From positions 96,782,001 through 96,846,000 of the forward strand of contig OY740782.1 in the NCBI GenBank assembly GCA_963514005.1: 64,000 nt of DNA, read 5' to 3'. Numbering within the stretch: the stretch's first letter is position 1; every line of letters starts with the position of its first letter. Below are positions 1 to 11,285 of this stretch, in pieces. The notes under the pieces were generated by a model, which had not been told where the DNA came from, searched no databases, and worked only from the letters and a program-made list of their open reading frames with translations. Position numbers and translations under genes: made by a program. The stretch comes from Raja brachyura. Its lineage: Eukaryota.

Positions 1-404
1 CTTGGCGCCTCCCCCCAACCCATCCCACACGGGCCCCCCCTTTGTTCTCGGCAGAGCATTGGACTTCTGGCACCCACGTGGAGCATCCAACTTCTGGCAC
101 TCACCACCAAACCATTCTCAACCACCGTGGCCTCAATCGTCTCTGCATGCCCTCGTCCTCATTCTCGACAACTGGCGCTATCCTCGTCCACTCCTGACAT
201 TTCTGACCCAAAGTACTGCCGCGTGCATCCTCCACCTGGATTCTCCTCAGCCTCCTGGGAGCATCAGCCACTTGCGGCCTCCTGGGATGATGCAGGCCAA
301 TATGCTGAAAGCCTTTTTGACTACCCTTTCTACCAGTGACGCCACTTTCGAGGAACTATGTAGCTGGTTCCTAGATCACTCCAACACTCCCCTGAGCCGT
401 ACCA

Positions 405-666
405 TTCACTGTGCAAGTCCTGCCCTTGTTGGACTTCCCAAAATCCAACACTTTGCATTTCTACGTATTAAATTCCATTAACCATTCCTCAGCCCATCTG
501 CCCAACTGAACAAGATCCTGCTGTAGTGTTTGCCAATTATCTTCACTATCTAGCATCATCTGCAAACTTATTTATCGCACCTTATACCTTTGCATCCAAA
601 TCATTGATATAGATGACAAACAGCAATGGGCCCAGCACCGATCCCTGAGGCACGCCACTGGTCACC
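405..666 (-). mobile_element. CR1 RT fragment
   Basis: Reverse complement encodes VTSGVPQGSVLGPLLFVIYINDLD...FADD. Confidence 0.8.
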
Positions 667-989
667 ATTTGTGGGGTGGGGGAAGGATTGTTGACATCTT
701 GGGTTGAAGCCCTGAATCAGAACAGTGGAAACAAAATATAGCAAGTATAACAAGGAGAAGTGGGGTGGTGGGATAGGGGTCAGTAGGGATTGATGGATCA
801 AGGAGGGGTGAAGAATAATGAACACTTGGAGAGAAGTAGGGTAGCAGAAGAGGTGGAGTTGTTAGAAAGAGTGATAGGTGAAAGCAGATTTTAAAAGATC
901 AACAAAAATAATGAAGGCAGATGGGGGGGGGGGGGGGGGGAAGTGAGGGCAGAGATGGAGATAAATGTTGAAAAATGATAATCTGATAA

Positions 990-1395
990 TAGGCACAAAA
1001 AACTGGACTAACGCTGTGTGTCTGGCAGCATCTCTGGAGAAATGTAATAGGTTACATTTTGGGTCATGACTTCTTCGGACTGAGAATCAGGAGAGAGAGA
1101 AATGAGATAATGTAACTTGAACAAATGAATGAAAGACATGCAAAAAAACAATAATAATCAAGGAAAGGTGGAGCCCACAATGGTCCATAGTTTACTGTGC
1201 AGAAGTTGATAACGAGTTATACAAACAGTGAAACTTAACAGGATGACAGTGAAACTAGTACGACGAGTAGGGGGGGTCGGGATGGAGAAAGAGGGGGTGC
1301 AAGGGTTCCTTGAAGTTAGAATCAATATTCATAATGCTGGGATGTAAGCTACTCAAGCTAAATATGAGGTGCTGTCCATCCAATTTGTGTTTGCA
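990..1395 (-). mobile_element. Degenerate Penelope-like 3' fragment
   Basis: Reverse complement contains CAGCACCTCATATTTAGCTTGAGTAGCTTAC and the terminal unit. Confidence 0.6.
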
Positions 1396-1639
1396 GCTTC
1401 ACTGTTATCCTGTTGTTTCATTGTTTGTATAACTTGTTGTCACCTTCCCCACAGCCAGCAATGTCATTGTGATAACCCGGAGAGCATACTGTAATGTGAC
1501 GCAATCCTAAAAATAACAAAAAGCTTTAAGTCAACAAGTATTGTTCACAACAAATACATGTTAAAGCTGGAGCCACCAGAAAGTAGAAACATTTGCATAC
1601 ACAAGCTACTGTGCAGAGGAAACTTCAGGGCCAAGTTCA

Positions 1640-2255
1640 TAACTCGCTGACAGTGGCAACACAAGTACATAGAGTGGTTAAGGTCATGTGGTGTGCTTGC
1701 CTTTATCGGTCAGGGCATTGAGTACAAATCATAAGAAGAAATCATATTGCATCTTTATGGGACTTTCGCTCGGCTGCATTTAGAGTATTGTGTGCAGTTC
1801 ACAGGCAGGAGGGCAAGGCTCTGAACAGGTTTACCAGACTGCTGCCTGGTTTAGGGGGTATTACCCATAAGGTTTGTTTTCTCTGGGACATCAGAGACAG
1901 AACGGTGATCTGATAGATGTACATAAAATCATGAGACATAAATAGGGAGACATAAACAGTCAGAGCCAGTTTCCCAGGTTGGAAATGTCAGATTAGAGGG
2001 CGTAGCTTTAAATTGAGAGGAGCAATGTTCAAAGGAGATTTGGGGAGCGGGTTTTTTACCTTGAGAGTGGTTGGTGCCTGGAACGTGCCGCCTGAGTGTT
2101 GTTGGAGATAGACATAGCGGCATTTAAAGGCTGTTAGTTATGCACATGGATATGTAGGGAATGGAAAGATATGGTCATGTGTAGGCAGGTGCACAGGCAA
2201 TTTACCTTGGCATCATGTTTGGAATGGGCCTTGTGGGCTGTTCCTGTGCTGTACT
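1640..2255 (+). mobile_element. Decayed CR1 3' fragment
   Basis: GAGTATTGTGTGCAGTT, GGTTTACCAG and a CR1 3'UTR ending CTGTGCTGTA. Confidence 0.75.
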
Positions 2256-3754
2256 AAACTATGTTTTGTGTTCTATGTCCTCCATTCAACTGTAAAAAAG
2301 AACATCTTTCAACCATGTAGTGAGCAAATATTTGTTCTCCATTTAATTGAAGGGTCATATTTTTTATGGACAGCGTCTTCACCAGACAGAAAGTACACCA
2401 GAGGTCACCTGCAGCAAATGGATGATAAATATTCCCACAAAATTCCTTGCGGATGTGTCTCAATAATAACCTGCCCATTTAACCGTGGCACCATAAGGAA
2501 GGGAGTTGGGTTCTGTTTGTAGTATATAAGGTGTTCAGGTTTAATGATTTGGGAGTGGGGATGGTGTGGAGTTATTGAATTACAACATTAGCCTAAATGT
2601 TTTGGGTGATAAATCCTGGGTCAGAGGAAGACCAAGATTAACCATTTACTTTTCTGTGGGCCAGTGATGCAGAGATGCACTTTCAAACCTCCCACAAGAG
2701 CCTTGAGTGTTTGTCCTTCCAGGTTAATTCCTCCAATTCAATATTAATATGGAATATTTATTTATCTCAACAGTGTCATGATGGCTTGTGTGTTTCCCCT
2801 GCCACCACCCCACCCAGCTACCCTCTTACTCCCTTTTACAGCTTGAAACCCCCTAAACTTCACAGCCCCCAGCTGAGAGCTGAGATGCAGTGTTACTTGG
2901 CTGTATTCCAACCTACCAGCTAATCTACTGGGCACACAACAAAACCATTTTAGTTAACTTAGGCAAATTTGTTGAAATTAGCAGGAACTCCACACCCTTG
3001 ATACTTGGCTCTTCAGCCTGTTAATACCTTCGCTTTCATCGGGAGTGTTTAGCCTGCACCGCATCCAGCTTCCCACAGCTATGTATTAAAACTCATCTTC
3101 ATAATGATTAACACCAAACCCCTAGTTTCTTCAGCATGTCATTCTTTGAGGCGCCAGTCCAAATTACAGCAGTATAATTTACCTCTCCAGGAGGCACAAC
3201 AGTCTTGCAAAACATTTTTCAAGGAGACAGACAAATTGGCACCTGTGGAGTATTCTGAGTCCAGTGTGCCGACTTGTATATAAACGTAAACATGAATCCT
3301 GTAACAAAAAATTAAGTTGAGGTAGCGGGCCAGAGATTATTTTTAAAATTCTACATTGACAAGAACTGTAATGATAGAACTTTTATTTGCCTCTGGCTAA
3401 ATGCTGTTAAATTAGGATCACAATGCCAGGCAAAAGTTTGTAATGAAAACAAACTGAACTTTCCCAGGGTTTTTGAAGATAAAAATACAGAGGAGAAGGA
3501 GAAATTAAATAAATTCCAACATATAAGAAATGCTAGACAAAAACAAGAAAATAAAAGTCAGAAGTAAGTTTCCAAAGAAGGGAAATAAAATGTCTTAATA
3601 TACAGAAGTGGCCAATTCAAAACACATTAGAACCTTCCTGGCATCGTCACAGAAAAGTAGCATCAGAGAGTCATTGTCATAGCATCATACAGCATATAAA
3701 ATGGCCCTTTCGTCCACCATGTCCATGTCAACCAGCAAGTACCCATCCGTATTG

Positions 3755-4175
3755 TAACAGCAGACAGCCAGGTTTGATACTGACTACGGGCTTTAGGGGT
3801 TCTCCCCTTTACCATAGAAATTAGGTGCAGGAGTAGGCCATTCGGCCCATCGAGCCTGCACCGCCATTCAATATGATCATGGCTGATCATCTCCAATCAG
3901 TACCCCGCTCCTGCCTTCTCTCCATACCCTCTGATCCCCTTAAAAAAAAGGGAAAGTGGGTGGGTTTTCTCCAGGTGGGTTTTCTGCGGGTGCTCCAGTT
4001 TCCTTCCACATTCCAAAGTTGTGCAGGTTTTTAGGATAATTGGTTTCTGTAAATTGACCCTAGTGTGTGGGTTAGAACTAGTGTAAGGGTGATTGTTGGT
4101 CAGCAAGGACTCGGTGGGTCGAAGGTCCTGCTTCCACACTGTATCTCTAAATTAAACTAATATCTAAACTAAACT
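3755..4175 (+). mobile_element. HE1/V-type SINE interrupted by an antisense CR1 3'UTR (about 3812-3940)
   Basis: Head AGCCAGGTTTGATACTGACTACGGG, body and tail from 3955. Confidence 0.65.
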
Positions 4176-4894
4176 TGGTTCATAGCTTTCCATAACTTGG
4201 CAATTCACGGCTTGTCTACATAATTTTTAACTGTTGTGACAGCATCTGCTTCAATCAGCCACTCAGACAGTATGTTTCTAACCGTACCACGGGAGAAAAA
4301 ATTCAGTCCGATTCCTCCAAACCTCAAATGCTTTCCCCAAACCCTATGCCCTCTGTATGCTTCTCTGTGAGGAAATGTTTCTACCAGTCCATGCTTTCTA
4401 TGTACCTTAATCAAAGACTTATCCCACCCGGTCAGTCCCTCTCATGCCCACTGCCATCTGTCAGAAGATACAGAAGCCACCAGACTCAGGAACACTTACT
4501 TCCCCTCTTTATCAGCCATTGAATGGTCTTTCCCTAAGCCAGGATACAAATCTTTTAACTGTACCCTGGTACACATGCCAATAACATAAACTAACCAATA
4601 AAGGGGAAAACCATTAAACTGGCATTCAATGTGGTAAAGCAAGGGCATTGACATAGATCCAAAAATAGGTAATAGGAGTACTTGTAATGTAATCCAAAAA
4701 GTCGATGCAATGTTGCCCTATATCCGTAGTAGCTTGGAATACAATAGGAAGTGAGATATTGATGGAGACGGTGGTACGACAGAGCAGAAGGTGGTGCTGC
4801 GAATATCCTCCAGCTGCTGGCCTGGCTCGCCCGCTGTTCCCAAGCGGCGAGCCACCAACTCCTTCCCTGCTCATCCCCGGTGAGATGGGTGAAG

Positions 4895-5325
4895 ATATCC
4901 AAGAAACACTAGTTCCACCTGCCTGTGTTTGGCCCATATCCATCTAAACCTGTCCTATCCATGTACCTGTCTAATGTTTCTTAAATGTTGCAATAGTCCC
5001 TGACACAACTACCGCCTCTGGCAGCTTGTTCCATACACCCACAGCACTTTGTGTGAAAAAGTTACCCCCTCAAGATTCCTATTAAGTCTTTCCTCTTCAC
5101 CTTAAACCTGTGTCCTCTGGTTCTCGATTGCCCTATTCTGGGCAAGGGACTCTCTGCGTTTACCCAATTTATTACTCTCATGATTTTATACGCCTCGATA
5201 AGGTCACCTCTCTTCTGCGCTCCAAAGAATAGAGTCCCAACCTGCACAACCATGCCTTATAGCTCAGACCGTCGAATCCTAGAAACATCCTCATAAATCT
5301 TCTCTGAACCTTTTCCAACTTGATA
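4895..5325 (-). mobile_element. CR1 3' fragment
   Basis: LEKVQRRF...RGDLIEAYKIM...TRGHRFK. Confidence 0.8.
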
Positions 5326-5489
5326 ACAGTGAGTGTGGGCTGGACATGAACTGCAGCTGCACGGACCGGTGGAGCAGCAGTGGAGGACACCAGCAGCTAC
5401 GCTTGGCCAGGCCGACCCTGCAACCAGATGGTGTCACTACTGCAAGTGTCGGTGAGAGTCTGGGGAACTGCCAAACACGGCGTCATCCC

Positions 5490-5716
5490 CAACACCAAAA
5501 CTGTCTCAATGTACTTTTCCCACACTGACCTTTCTGTCCTAGCTCTCATCCATTGGCAGAGTGAGGCTAAACACAAATTGTAGAGAGAGCATCTCATATT
5601 TCGCTTGGGCAGCTTGCAATCCAGTGGCATGAATATTAATTTATCTAACTTCTACCTTTCCCTTGACTAGTCTGAAGAATGGATTCGACCCAAAACGTCA
5701 CCCATTCCTTCTCACC
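5490..5716 (+). mobile_element. Penelope-like 3' fragment with degenerate hammerhead motif
   Basis: CATCTCATATTTCGCTTGGGCAGC...TCTGAAGAATGGATTCGACCCAAAACGTC. Confidence 0.7.
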
Positions 5717-5799
5717 AGGCAGCAATTATTCTGAAAGAAAGAGTTGATGTTTTAAGTTGAATTCCTTTCATCAGAGCTCAAAGTGATTGTCCTGAATTG

Positions 5800-6875
5800 T
5801 TAAGGAAAGAGCTGCAGATGGTGCAAAATCAAAGGTAGAAAAAAATGCTGGAAAAACTCAGCGGGTGAGGCAGCATCTATGGAGCGAAGGAAATAGGCGA
5901 TGTTTCAGGTCGAGATCATTCTTCAGACTGATGTGGGAGTGGGGGGCGAGGGGGGGGGGGGGGGGGGAGCTGGGAAGGGGAGGGGAAAGAAGGAGAATGC
6001 AGAGACTATTGGAGAAGTCAATGTTCATACTGCTGGGGTGTAAACTACCTAAGCGAAATAAGAGGTGCTGCTCCTCCAATTTACGGTGGGCCTCACTCTG
6101 GCCATGGAGGAAGCCCAGGACGGAAAGATCAAATTTGGAATGGGAGGGGGGTTGAAGTGCTGAGCCACCGGGAGATCAGGTTGGTTATTGCGAACCGAGC
6201 GGAGGTGTTGGGCGAAGCGATCGTCAAGCCTACACTTGGTCTCACTGATATAGAGCAGTTGACACCTAGAACAGCGGATGCAATAGATGAGGTTGGAGGA
6301 GGTGCAGGTGAACCTCTGCCGCACCTGGAAAGACTGCTTGGGTCTTTGGATGGAGTCAAGGGGGGAGGTAAAGCGACAAGTGTGGCATTTCCTGTGGTTG
6401 CAAGGGAAAGTGCTAGGAGAGGGGGTGGTTTGAGTGGGAAGGAACAAATTGACCAGGGAGTTATGGAGGGAGCAGTTTCTGTGGGGAGGAGATGGGAAGA
6501 TGTGGCCAGTGGTCGGATCCCGTTGGAGGTGGCAAAAATGTTGGAGGATTATTTGTTGTATGTGATGGCTGGTAGGGTGGACGGTGAGGATAAGGGGGAC
6601 ACTGCCCTTGTTATGAGTGGGGCAATGGGGAGTGAGAGCGGAGCTGCGGGATATAGAAGAGACCCTGGTGAGAGCCTGATCTATAGTTGATGAGGGAAAT
6701 CCCCATTCCCTAAAGAATGAGGACATTCCTATGCCCTGGTTTGGAACACTTCATCCTGGGTGCAGATGCGGCATAGACGGAGGAATTGGGAGTAGGGGAT
6801 AGAGTCCTTACAGGAAACAGGGTGGGAAGAAGTGTAGTCCAGATAGCCATTGGAGTCTGTGTGTTTATAGTTGAT
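5800..6875 (-). mobile_element. Penelope-like element 3' part: RT C-terminus, GIY-YIG endonuclease, terminal repeat
   Basis: YKHTDSNGYLDYTSSHP...IPYSQFLRL and FTCTSSNLIYCIRCSRCQLLYISET..RL..RF..H, followed by the terminal unit with hammerhead motif. Confidence 0.9.
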
Positions 6876-7509
6876 GCCTGAATTGTTACCTACTTTCCCC
6901 ACAGACACTGCCACCTACTGAGTATTTCTGGCACTTTTTTGTTTTACGTCAGAGCTCTATAATCAACAGAGTTTTCCTCTTTGAAGATTGCCAGATGTTC
7001 CAAATGATGTCTTCTGAAATTCTTTAAAAGTTTATCTCTGAAATTATCTGTCCAGAAGATGATGTAAGCCAGATCATTGGATTATATTTGAAGTGGAGAT
7101 AGATAAATATTTGAAAAAGGGTTATGAGGAACTGGTACAGAAATGTTGAGGCCAGCATAGTTCACCCAGGAGCATGTGAATGTTGGGGCAAGCTTGAGGG
7201 GCCTGGTGCCCTAGGCTTGCTCCTACTTTATTGCATTTTTTAGCAGGTATAAAGTATTTACTATCTCCAGAGGCTGGAAACCTACCATAGCCATCCAACA
7301 GCTAAATTGATTGAGTATATATCTACCTGCCAAATCTTATACAGAGCCTCTAAAGATCACAAAGTCTAAGATAAATGTAATATGGCCTCAGTTACACCAT
7401 TTGAAAGGCACCAGGGTGTGTTTGGGTAAGGTTCCTGTTTTACTGTATGAATTCCCAAATGCTCTTTGGATTGACCAGTTTGAAAATTATAGAACTACAG
7501 CAGAAGACT

Positions 7510-8205
7510 GATTTGGACGAAGGGATTGAAGGCTTTGTGGCCAAAGTTTGCAGATGATACAAAAATAGGTGGAAGGGCAGGTAGTGTAAAGAAAGCAGGG
7601 ACTCTGTAGAAGGACATGGACAGGTTGGGCAGAGAAGTGGCAGATAGAATACAGTGTAGCAAAGTGTGGAGTTATGTGTTTTGGTAGTAAGAATAAAGGC
7701 GTAGACTATTCTCTAAATGGGGAGAGAATCCCAAAATCGGAGGTGCAAAAGGATTTGGGAGTGCTGGTGCAGGTTGCCCAAAAAGTTAATTTGCAAGTTG
7801 AATTGGATACAAAAACAGGGGTGTAATGCTGAGGGTCTATATGGAGCTGGTCAGGCCGCATTTGGAGTATTATGAGGAATTGTGGGTCCCATATCTGAGC
7901 AAGGATGTGCTGGCTCTGGAGAGGGACCAGAGGAGGTTTACAAGAATGATCTCAGGAATGAGTGGGTTAACATATGATTAGCATTTGATGGCACTGGGCT
8001 GTTCATGCTAGAGTTTAGAAGGATGAGGGGAGACCTCATTGAAACTTACTGAATAAGAAAGGCTTGGATGGTGAATCAGAGGAATTCTGCCACAGTAGGC
8101 TGTGGAGGCGAAGTCTATGGATATTTTTAAGGCAGCAATAGATAGATTCTTGATTAGTACAGGTATCAGGTGTTATGGGGAGAAGGCAGGAGAATGGGGT
8201 TGGGA
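7510..8205 (+). mobile_element. Decayed CR1 RT and 3' fragment
   Basis: GCCAAGTTTGCAGATGATAC (FADD) and downstream CR1 motifs. Confidence 0.8.
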
Positions 8206-9099
8206 GGGGTTACTGTAGTACGCACAGTATAATACATAACTAGACTAAGTGGGACCCGTTGGGACCCAGCTTCACACGGGAGGGCTGGTTCCCCAATGCA
8301 ATATTCCACCTCTCTACCAATTCCAATATTCCAGGTCAATTGGGGGGGGGGGGGGCTTTCTGGAGCGCTAGCATGGGATTTGTGGGCTGAAGGGACTGGT
8401 TTACAGAGAGCTAGTATGAAAATTGTGGGCCGAATAGATTCTTGAGCTGGCAGCTCAGAAACTCAGGCCTGGTAGGCTGGCAGCTCAGAAACTGCCAGGA
8501 ATTCTGCTGAAAACAGGTGACAGACTGTGAGATAGAAGGTGGACATTCAATTTTAGACATTTTCATCTTTTTTTACAGATCACAGCAATGAAGGAGGAAA
8601 GTCTATCCTTGCGTGGATCTCTGGAGGGCTAGTATGGGTGTTGTGGGCTGAAAGGACTATTTTCCAGAGGGCTAGTATGGACATTGTGGACTGAATGGAT
8701 TCATGGACACAGTTCAGTGAGTCATGGCTAGTGGGCTGGCAGTTCAGTCACTTCCAGCTGGTGTAGTGGCAATTCACTCAGTTACCCCTCCTCCCTTCAC
8801 CTCCCAACTCTTGCCATTCCCATCCCCCCCACGCAATCAGTCCATCTCCCCTCAACCTCCCCCCCCATGCACTCTTAGTGGCTCTCCGACTGTGTAGCCA
8901 TTCCTGCCTATTAGGTGCCCATTGTGATGAAGAACATGCAGACATGGCAAGTGGAAAATAATGTATTAAAGTTTAAAATGTGAATGAGTCTTAAAATATT
9001 GCAAGTCCAACCTCACAGCACTCCAAGCAGAGTGCAGGCAGCAAGTCCAACATTACAGCAAGCAGAGTGCAGGCAGCAAGTCCAACCTCACAGCAAGCA

Positions 9100-9567
9100 A
9101 TTGCTGGTATTCTGACCAGCTGTATCTCTGTCTGGTTTGGGGACTGTAGAGCCTCCGACTGGAAGTCTGTGCAGAGAGTGGTGAGGACAGCGGAAAAAAT
9201 CATCGGGACCTATCTCCCCTCAATCGGGGATATTGCGACCAAACGCTGTGTGTCTAAGGCCAGCAGTATCATAAAGGACCCCACACATCTCCATCACGGA
9301 CTGTTCACTCTGCTGCCCTCGGGAAAAAGATACCGCAGCATGAGGAGCAGAACATCAAGGTTCCGCAACAGCTTCTTCCCACGAGCCATCAGACTCCTGA
9401 ATGCCATGTAAATGGGCTGCCACTATTGTCTATTTATCCTTTTCATACATACCTATCCTTCGGTTAATTTATTGTGTTGCACAGGGAGCCAAATGCAACG
9501 TAATTTCGTTTGGAACTGCATATATCAATGTATTTCTAAATGACAATAAAGTTTGTTTGACTTGACT
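9100..9567 (+). mobile_element. Rex1/Babar-type non-LTR 3' fragment inserted into a Helitron minisatellite
   Basis: ILTSCISVWFG...QRVVRTAEKIIG...LLPSGKRYRS...SFFPRAIRLLN. AATAAA and (GACTT)n tail. The same GCAAGTCCAAC repeat lies on both sides. Confidence 0.8.
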
Positions 9568-9624
9568 TGACAATGTGCGGGCAGCAAGTCCAACCCTACA
9601 GCACTACAAGCACTCCAACAGATG

Positions 9625-10022
9625 CGCACACAGGGACGCACACATACAGAAACAGACACTCACACACACAAAAAGACACACACACACACATACACTCAAA
9701 CACACACACGCACACACACACACAAAGACACAGACGCAAACACAGACAGACACACACACACCTATACACACATGCACCCAGACACACACCTATACAGACA
9801 CACACTTATACACACACACCTATGCACACATACAGACACACACCTATACACACACAGAGACACACACCTACACACACACCTATACACACACATAGACACA
9901 CACACACACACCTATACACAGACACAGACCTATACACGCACACACACTATACACACACACACACACAGATACACACCTATACACACACAGCCACACACCT
10001 ACAGACACACACACAGACACAC
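9625..10022 (+). repeat. Compound (CA)n microsatellite
   Basis: About 400 bp of imperfect CA repeats with CCTATA interruptions. Confidence 0.95.
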
Positions 10023-11065
10023 AGCACCAATACTAAAATGCCAAGTAACTTCAGAATGTGGTAAGCATACTAAATCCTGTTACTAGCCATATACTCTATG
10101 TAAGTAGTTTGAAAATAAGAAGACTGGTGTGCCTAAACCAAATGATTCAAATGTTTAAAGCCTTTTATATTCTGAAACACTCCTCTAGAGCTGCTGCTAC
10201 TGCAAAAACGTGCTTTAAATAACTTTCGATAAACACACACACACTCACTATATGTATGGCAGTAAGCTCTCTTGAATTACTCAAACGGTTCAGGGCGGTG
10301 TCTCCACATAGGGCCTCCCGCACTCAGCGCCACCTCTGAACTCACCGGAAATGACGCAATCTGCGCCACTTCTCCACTAAGCAGAAGTCACGGAATGAGC
10401 GGCAATTTTACATTAAACACAGTCCTGATCTAATAAAACGTTTATTCACGGTTTTTACTTCCAAAAACTGTTGCACAGCAAGCCACACTTAAAATGCAAG
10501 CCACATTTAAAATGCAAAACACATTTAAAAATAAAAGTGCAGTTAATAGCCACACTCTTCAATTAGTCACACTTTTCAATTAGCCTCAGTAAAAAGGCAC
10601 AGTTAAAAGGCGCAGTTAAAAGGCACAGTCAAAAGCCACAGTTAATCATTTATTCCTTCCAAACATAGTTCCAAATAAATGACATAAAAGCATAAATCCA
10701 CACTCAGTTTAGTAGACATGTGTTCAGTGTTCAGTTGATTCACAGCTCAGACTGAGTCGTGACCTCTCCATCCCCCATCTTGGAGCGAATGAGGCACGTC
10801 CACACTTCCAGGTTTATAGTTGCTCCAACCCACCGGAAGGGACGTGGCCTTCATGGTGTGATTGACAGGAGAGAGAATCTCACCATTTTTTAAACATGAA
10901 TAAGTCTTTTATTTTTCATCGATGGGAAAAATCTGGCCCTGACAGCTGGAGGGGGACTAAGTAAGATGGCCAAAAATCACAGTTGCAAGTGATAGCGATT
11001 TTTCTAAAATCAATATTTGATTTTAATAAAGATTTGACTTTTAATTATATAGATTTTCAAGCTTA

Positions 11066-11285
11066 GTTTTCAAAGCGACCACACCCTGCTTGTTTTTCAA
11101 AGCAACCACACCCTGCTTGCTTTTCAAAGCGACCACAATTTGCTAGCTTTTCAAACCGACCACACCTTGCTTGCTTTTTAAACCGGCCACACCTTGCTTG
11201 CTTTTCAAACTGACCACACTTTGCTTGCTTTTCAAACCAACCACATTTTCTTTTCAAACCAACCACATTTTCATTTTCAAACTTC
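11066..11285 (+). repeat. About 27-bp minisatellite
   Basis: Unit approximately GCTTGCTTTTCAAAGCGACCACACCTT, giving the KQARCGRFE periodicity in the antisense ORF. Confidence 0.85.

Noticed and set aside
2-481. 159-aa Pro/Ser-rich ORF
   Set aside because: Non-ATG start, low complexity, and it runs into an antisense CR1 fragment.
6157-6690. 177-aa plus-strand ORF
   Set aside because: Antisense shadow of the Penelope GIY-YIG region.
9567-10086. Several His/Thr-rich and Cys/Val-rich ORFs
   Set aside because: They are translations of the (CA)n/(TG)n microsatellite.
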